A stretch of DNA of 62,123 nt, filler included, from Candidatus Delongbacteria bacterium (GTDB taxonomy: Bacteria > UBA4055): the NCBI GenBank assembly GCA_016937995.1. It is 5 parts of 5 records of this genome, joined end to end, with 100 filler letters (N's around TTAATTAATTAA, not from the genome) between each part and the next. Parts side by side here need not be neighbours in the genome. Positions count along the whole stretch, not along the records: positions 58,510 to 62,123 come from JAFGVM010000028.1; 4 more parts are not named here. One strand, written 5' to 3'. Within the stretch, counting starts at the first letter, position 1, and each line of letters opens with the position of its first letter. Below are positions 58,794 to 62,123 of the stretch, piece after piece. Under the pieces are notes generated by a model. That model ran no database searches, was not told where the DNA came from, and saw only the letters and a list, made by a program, of their open reading frames with translations. Position numbers and translations under genes: made by a program.

Positions 58794-61700
58794 ATGGCTA
58801 GGAAATTATTTACAAATATTCTATTGGCTTTTGTGCTGATCTTTTATCAGGCATTATTTGGGATCACTTCAGAAATTGTAAGTGATATCAAGAGTGATTG
58901 GTATACATATTCCGGGAATCCGTACTATTTTCTTGGATTGCCGGGTGAACGATCAATGTATTTCAATGTTGAGGATTTCGGTCTTGATTATCCTGTGACT
59001 CTTCTTTCTTTACAGACATTCATTTATGAGGCAGGTGCGGGATATAAATACAGAGTATACAAAGGTGACGGTATCAGTATGATTTGGGAATCTTCAGATT
59101 CAACTTCCGTTTATAACTCTTGGCAATCTACAGAATTAGACACTGTACTTACATTAACAGATGATTTTTGGATATCCTTTGTGCCTTTAGAAAATGGAGC
59201 TCCAAGAACCTGTATGGATTCAGGAGAGGGTTTAAGTTCTAACAGTTTTATCGGTTCTCCGGGTGAATGGAATTCCTTGTCGGATATTTATGGAAAACCT
59301 CTGAATCACTCAATGAAAATTTTATTGGAACCTTATAGCGGGGTCGATATATATCCTCCTACTATTAAAAATATTTCCGGAACAGAGTGTTTCATGGATC
59401 AGGAAGCTAATATATGTATTGAGGTACAGGAGCAGAATTCAATAATATCCCCTATCACGGGTAAATATTCCATTAATGAAGGAAATACATGGCATACATT
59501 TTTACTTTCCATGAATAAAAATAACGGATTTTTTTCAGGAATAGTTCCATCACAGACCGATGGAACTCAGGGTCTTCTAAAATTTATTTTAGAAGATGAT
59601 CAGGGTAATTCAGGTATTTCACAAATCTTTGAGATCGAATGGTCTAAGGATAATTTTATCTTTGAGGAAAAGTTTGAAATGGACATTTTCCCTCCACCGG
59701 ATTGGGAACTGGTCTCAACAGGAACAGGGTGGTTCCATAATTTACAGGATTCATTGAATAACTATGTTAACTCCGGAGAAGGTAGCGCTGGACACAAGGC
59801 TTATCCGGAATATCAGGATGACTGGATCATTTCACCATCAATATTAATACCAAATACAGGATGCAGCACTTTATTCTTCTACCAGGCTGGAGAACTTCTG
59901 GAAAATTTATCTTATCATGAAGTATCTATCTCTAGAGATAATGGAATTACATGGGAACAACTATATTGTGATGATCAACCTGCACCAAATTGTGATATTA
60001 GTGAATCTTTTGAAAAAAAATATTTATCACTGAATTCTTACAGAGGTGACAGCATAAGAATAGGATGGCATTACAAAGGACAGAACAGTGATAACTGGTA
60101 CATAGACGATATTTCGGTTTTCTATGATGAAATTGCTCCGCAAATTGAAAATATTGCTGCAAATCCTGCTCTGCTGCCTATAGTAGGAGCCTATCTTAAT
60201 AACAATATGGTCATAAAACTAACCGTAGTGGATAATTTTGGTGTTGAATCAGTAAAAGCCACATACACATTCAATAACGGATCGACTTATCACCAAACTG
60301 GATTTTTTCCGCTTGATGATTATGATAATGTATGGAGTGGTACGATATTAGCCTCAGATATAGAGTTGCAGGGTCAAATTTCATTTGAAATATATGATAT
60401 CTCGGGTAATATCAATAACACAGAGCAATACGAAATAAAATTTGTTAAGGATACGGACGGTCCTGTTATTAAAAAAATTGACGGATTGAGAACATATGTG
60501 TTTGAGTTCTTAAGATTTGAAGTCAGTATAGATGACGAATCCGAGCTTGGGTATTGCACAGGGTCTTACTCAAAAGATAATTGGGTGACTCAGTTTGATG
60601 TTCAGTTGTTCCCTTCAAAAGTCCATGAACATGTTTATACCGGAAGGTTATTACCTGAGGCTGAAGAAATAGTTAACGGAAAACTAAAGTTAACATTAAG
60701 GGATATTGAAGGTAATTTAACAGAGAGTGACGAATTCATAGTTAAATGGACATACCCTTATGAATCTGCATTTGATCTCAGAACCTCTTTGGGTGATAAT
60801 TATGTAACTTCTGTAAAAAGTCAGTTAGGAGGGACATGCTGGACTTTCGCATCTGTATCTTCTATGGAAAGCAATCTGTTAATGTCAGGTATTTGGGAAG
60901 CAGCAGGAGAATCAGGAGCACCTGATCTTGCCGAATATCATCTGGACTGGTGGAACGGCTTTAATCAGAATAATAACGATGATGTTATTCCTGCTACAGG
61001 TACGGGACTGGTTGTTCATCAGGGTGGGGATTACTTGATATCAGCAGCTTATATGTCCAGGTGTGAAGGATTTGTGAGAAATATTGATGGTCAGCTTTAC
61101 GATACTCCTCCTTTGAGAAATTCTCAAAATTTTCACTATTTTTATCCAAGGGATATTGAATGGTATACGACCGATGATACTTTCAGAAGTTTAGATCTTA
61201 TCAAAGAGAAGGTCAAACAACATGGAGCAGTCGGAACGTGTATCAGATACAGTCCTGCCTATCTGAACAATAATATCCATTACCAACCTGAAACTTCTGA
61301 CGGAGATCCAAATCATGCAGTTACAATAGTCGGATGGGATGATAATATTTATACGGGTGCTTTTGAGGGAAGAGGAGCATGGTTGATAAAGAACAGCTGG
61401 GGAGTATCATGGGGTATCTCAGGATACTTCTGGGTATCTTATTACGATAAGCATTGTACAAAAAACGCTGAAATGGGTGCAGTTTCATTTTACAATGTAG
61501 AACCAATGAAATACGATAATGTCTATTATCACGATTATCATGGCTGGCGTGACACAATGACTTATGTAGATGAGGCATTCAATGCCTTTACAACAGTGAA
61601 AGATGAGGACCTTGTTGCGGTTAGTTTTTATACAGCAATGGATAACGTGAATTACACAATCAATGTATACGATGACTTCGATGGCTATGATCTTGATAAT

Positions 61701-62123
61701 CTCCTTTCCACTGCCTCAGGATACATTGAGTATAAAGGTTTTCATACAGTAGAACTACCTTCAGTAGTGTATCTATCAGCTGCAAATGATTTTTATGTTT
61801 ATATTTCTTTATCTCAGGGAGGTCATGCTATAGACAGAACATCATACATATCGGTTCTGTTGGGCGGTGGATCAAAAACAACCGTTATTTCATCGGCTTC
61901 TGCTGGAGAAAGTTATTACAGGAACAACAAGATATGGTATGATCTTTACAATAATCAAACCATAGAATATCCGGGTACAGCTAATTTTTGCATCAAAGCT
62001 TTATGTGATGATGAGAGTTCAATTGATGATGGAGAGTGGAAAATTGAGAATTATGAATTAGAACAGAACTACCCTAATCCGTTCAATCCGACTACCACAA
62101 TAAACTTTTTGGTCCCAAATGAT
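58794..62123 (+). CDS. Secreted multidomain papain-family (C1A) cysteine protease with cleaved-adhesin-like, Ig-like and lectin-like domains and a T9SS sorting domain; runs off the window
   Basis: Hand-translated, 1110 codons with no stop; signal peptide; VKSQLGGTCWTF (Cys codon 60837), NHAVTIVGWDD (His 61314), IKNSWG (Asn 61392), QNYPNPFNP at the end. Confidence 0.93.
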   Translation, partial: MARKLFTNILLAFVLIFYQALFGITSEIVSDIKSDWYTYSGNPYYFLGLPGERSMYFNVEDFGLDYPVTLLSLQTFIYEAGAGYKYRVYKGDGISMIWESSDSTSVYNSWQSTELDTVLTLTDDFWISFVPLENGAPRTCMDSGEGLSSNSFIGSPGEWNSLSDIYGKPLNHSMKILLEPYSGVDIYPPTIKNISGTECFMDQEANICIEVQEQNSIISPITGKYSINEGNTWHTFLLSMNKNNGFFSGIVPSQTDGTQGLLKFILEDDQGNSGISQIFEIEWSKDNFIFEEKFEMDIFPPPDWELVSTGTGWFHNLQDSLNNYVNSGEGSAGHKAYPEYQDDWIISPSILIPNTGCSTLFFYQAGELLENLSYHEVSISRDNGITWEQLYCDDQPAPNCDISESFEKKYLSLNSYRGDSIRIGWHYKGQNSDNWYIDDISVFYDEIAPQIENIAANPALLPIVGAYLNNNMVIKLTVVDNFGVESVKATYTFNNGSTYHQTGFFPLDDYDNVWSGTILASDIELQGQISFEIYDISGNINNTEQYEIKFVKDTDGPVIKKIDGLRTYVFEFLRFEVSIDDESELGYCTGSYSKDNWVTQFDVQLFPSKVHEHVYTGRLLPEAEEIVNGKLKLTLRDIEGNLTESDEFIVKWTYPYESAFDLRTSLGDNYVTSVKSQLGGTCWTFASVSSMESNLLMSGIWEAAGESGAPDLAEYHLDWWNGFNQNNNDDVIPATGTGLVVHQGGDYLISAAYMSRCEGFVRNIDGQLYDTPPLRNSQNFHYFYPRDIEWYTTDDTFRSLDLIKEKVKQHGAVGTCIRYSPAYLNNNIHYQPETSDGDPNHAVTIVGWDDNIYTGAFEGRGAWLIKNSWGVSWGISGYFWVSYYDKHCTKNAEMGAVSFYNVEPMKYDNVYYHDYHGWRDTMTYVDEAFNAFTTVKDEDLVAVSFYTAMDNVNYTINVYDDFDGYDLDNLLSTASGYIEYKGFHTVELPSVVYLSAANDFYVYISLSQGGHAIDRTSYISVLLGGGSKTTVISSASAGESYYRNNKIWYDLYNNQTIEYPGTANFCIKALCDDESSIDDGEWKIENYELEQNYPNPFNPTTTINFLVPND

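Overview
An AT-rich (roughly one third GC, estimated by eye) bacterial draft sequence made of five contigs joined by artificial 100-nt linkers (N44-TTAATTAATTAA-N44 at 30334, 49088, 53593 and 58410), so gene order across the linkers carries no meaning. T9SS-type C-terminal sorting domains, a PorV-like barrel fragment, TTGACA-type promoters and GGAGG ribosome-binding sites suggest a non-Bacteroidia member of the FCB group such as Ca. Delongbacteria or Cloacimonadota (inference, not verified). Contig 1 holds a V-type ATPase operon (E, DUF2764/C-like, A, B, D, I, K, with a Na+ signature in K), tldD/tldE, an ArsC-like gene, a four-gene cell-surface cluster (two ~1020-aa beta-helix paralogues transcribed divergently from two modular lipoproteins) and the start of a dcw cluster that lacks mraY-murD. 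Contig 2 holds the joined str and S10 operons, housekeeping genes and a T9SS cargo protein. Contig 3 holds ftcd, a methyltransferase, a CDF transporter and tRNA-His/tRNA-Glu behind tandem promoters. Contig 4 holds EF-G2, a DegT aminotransferase, a small lipoprotein and a truncated 7-repeat CRISPR array with no cas genes in view. Contig 5 holds a >1110-aa secreted papain-family protease that the ORF track missed. The best leads are the near-invariant GRITNNT[VI]TFDADASK motif and its surface cluster, the TGTATAAAA repeats next to a divergent MraZ, a duplicated RNA-like motif in the V-ATPase leader, and the CRISPR array. No complete novel system can be proven from the sequence alone.
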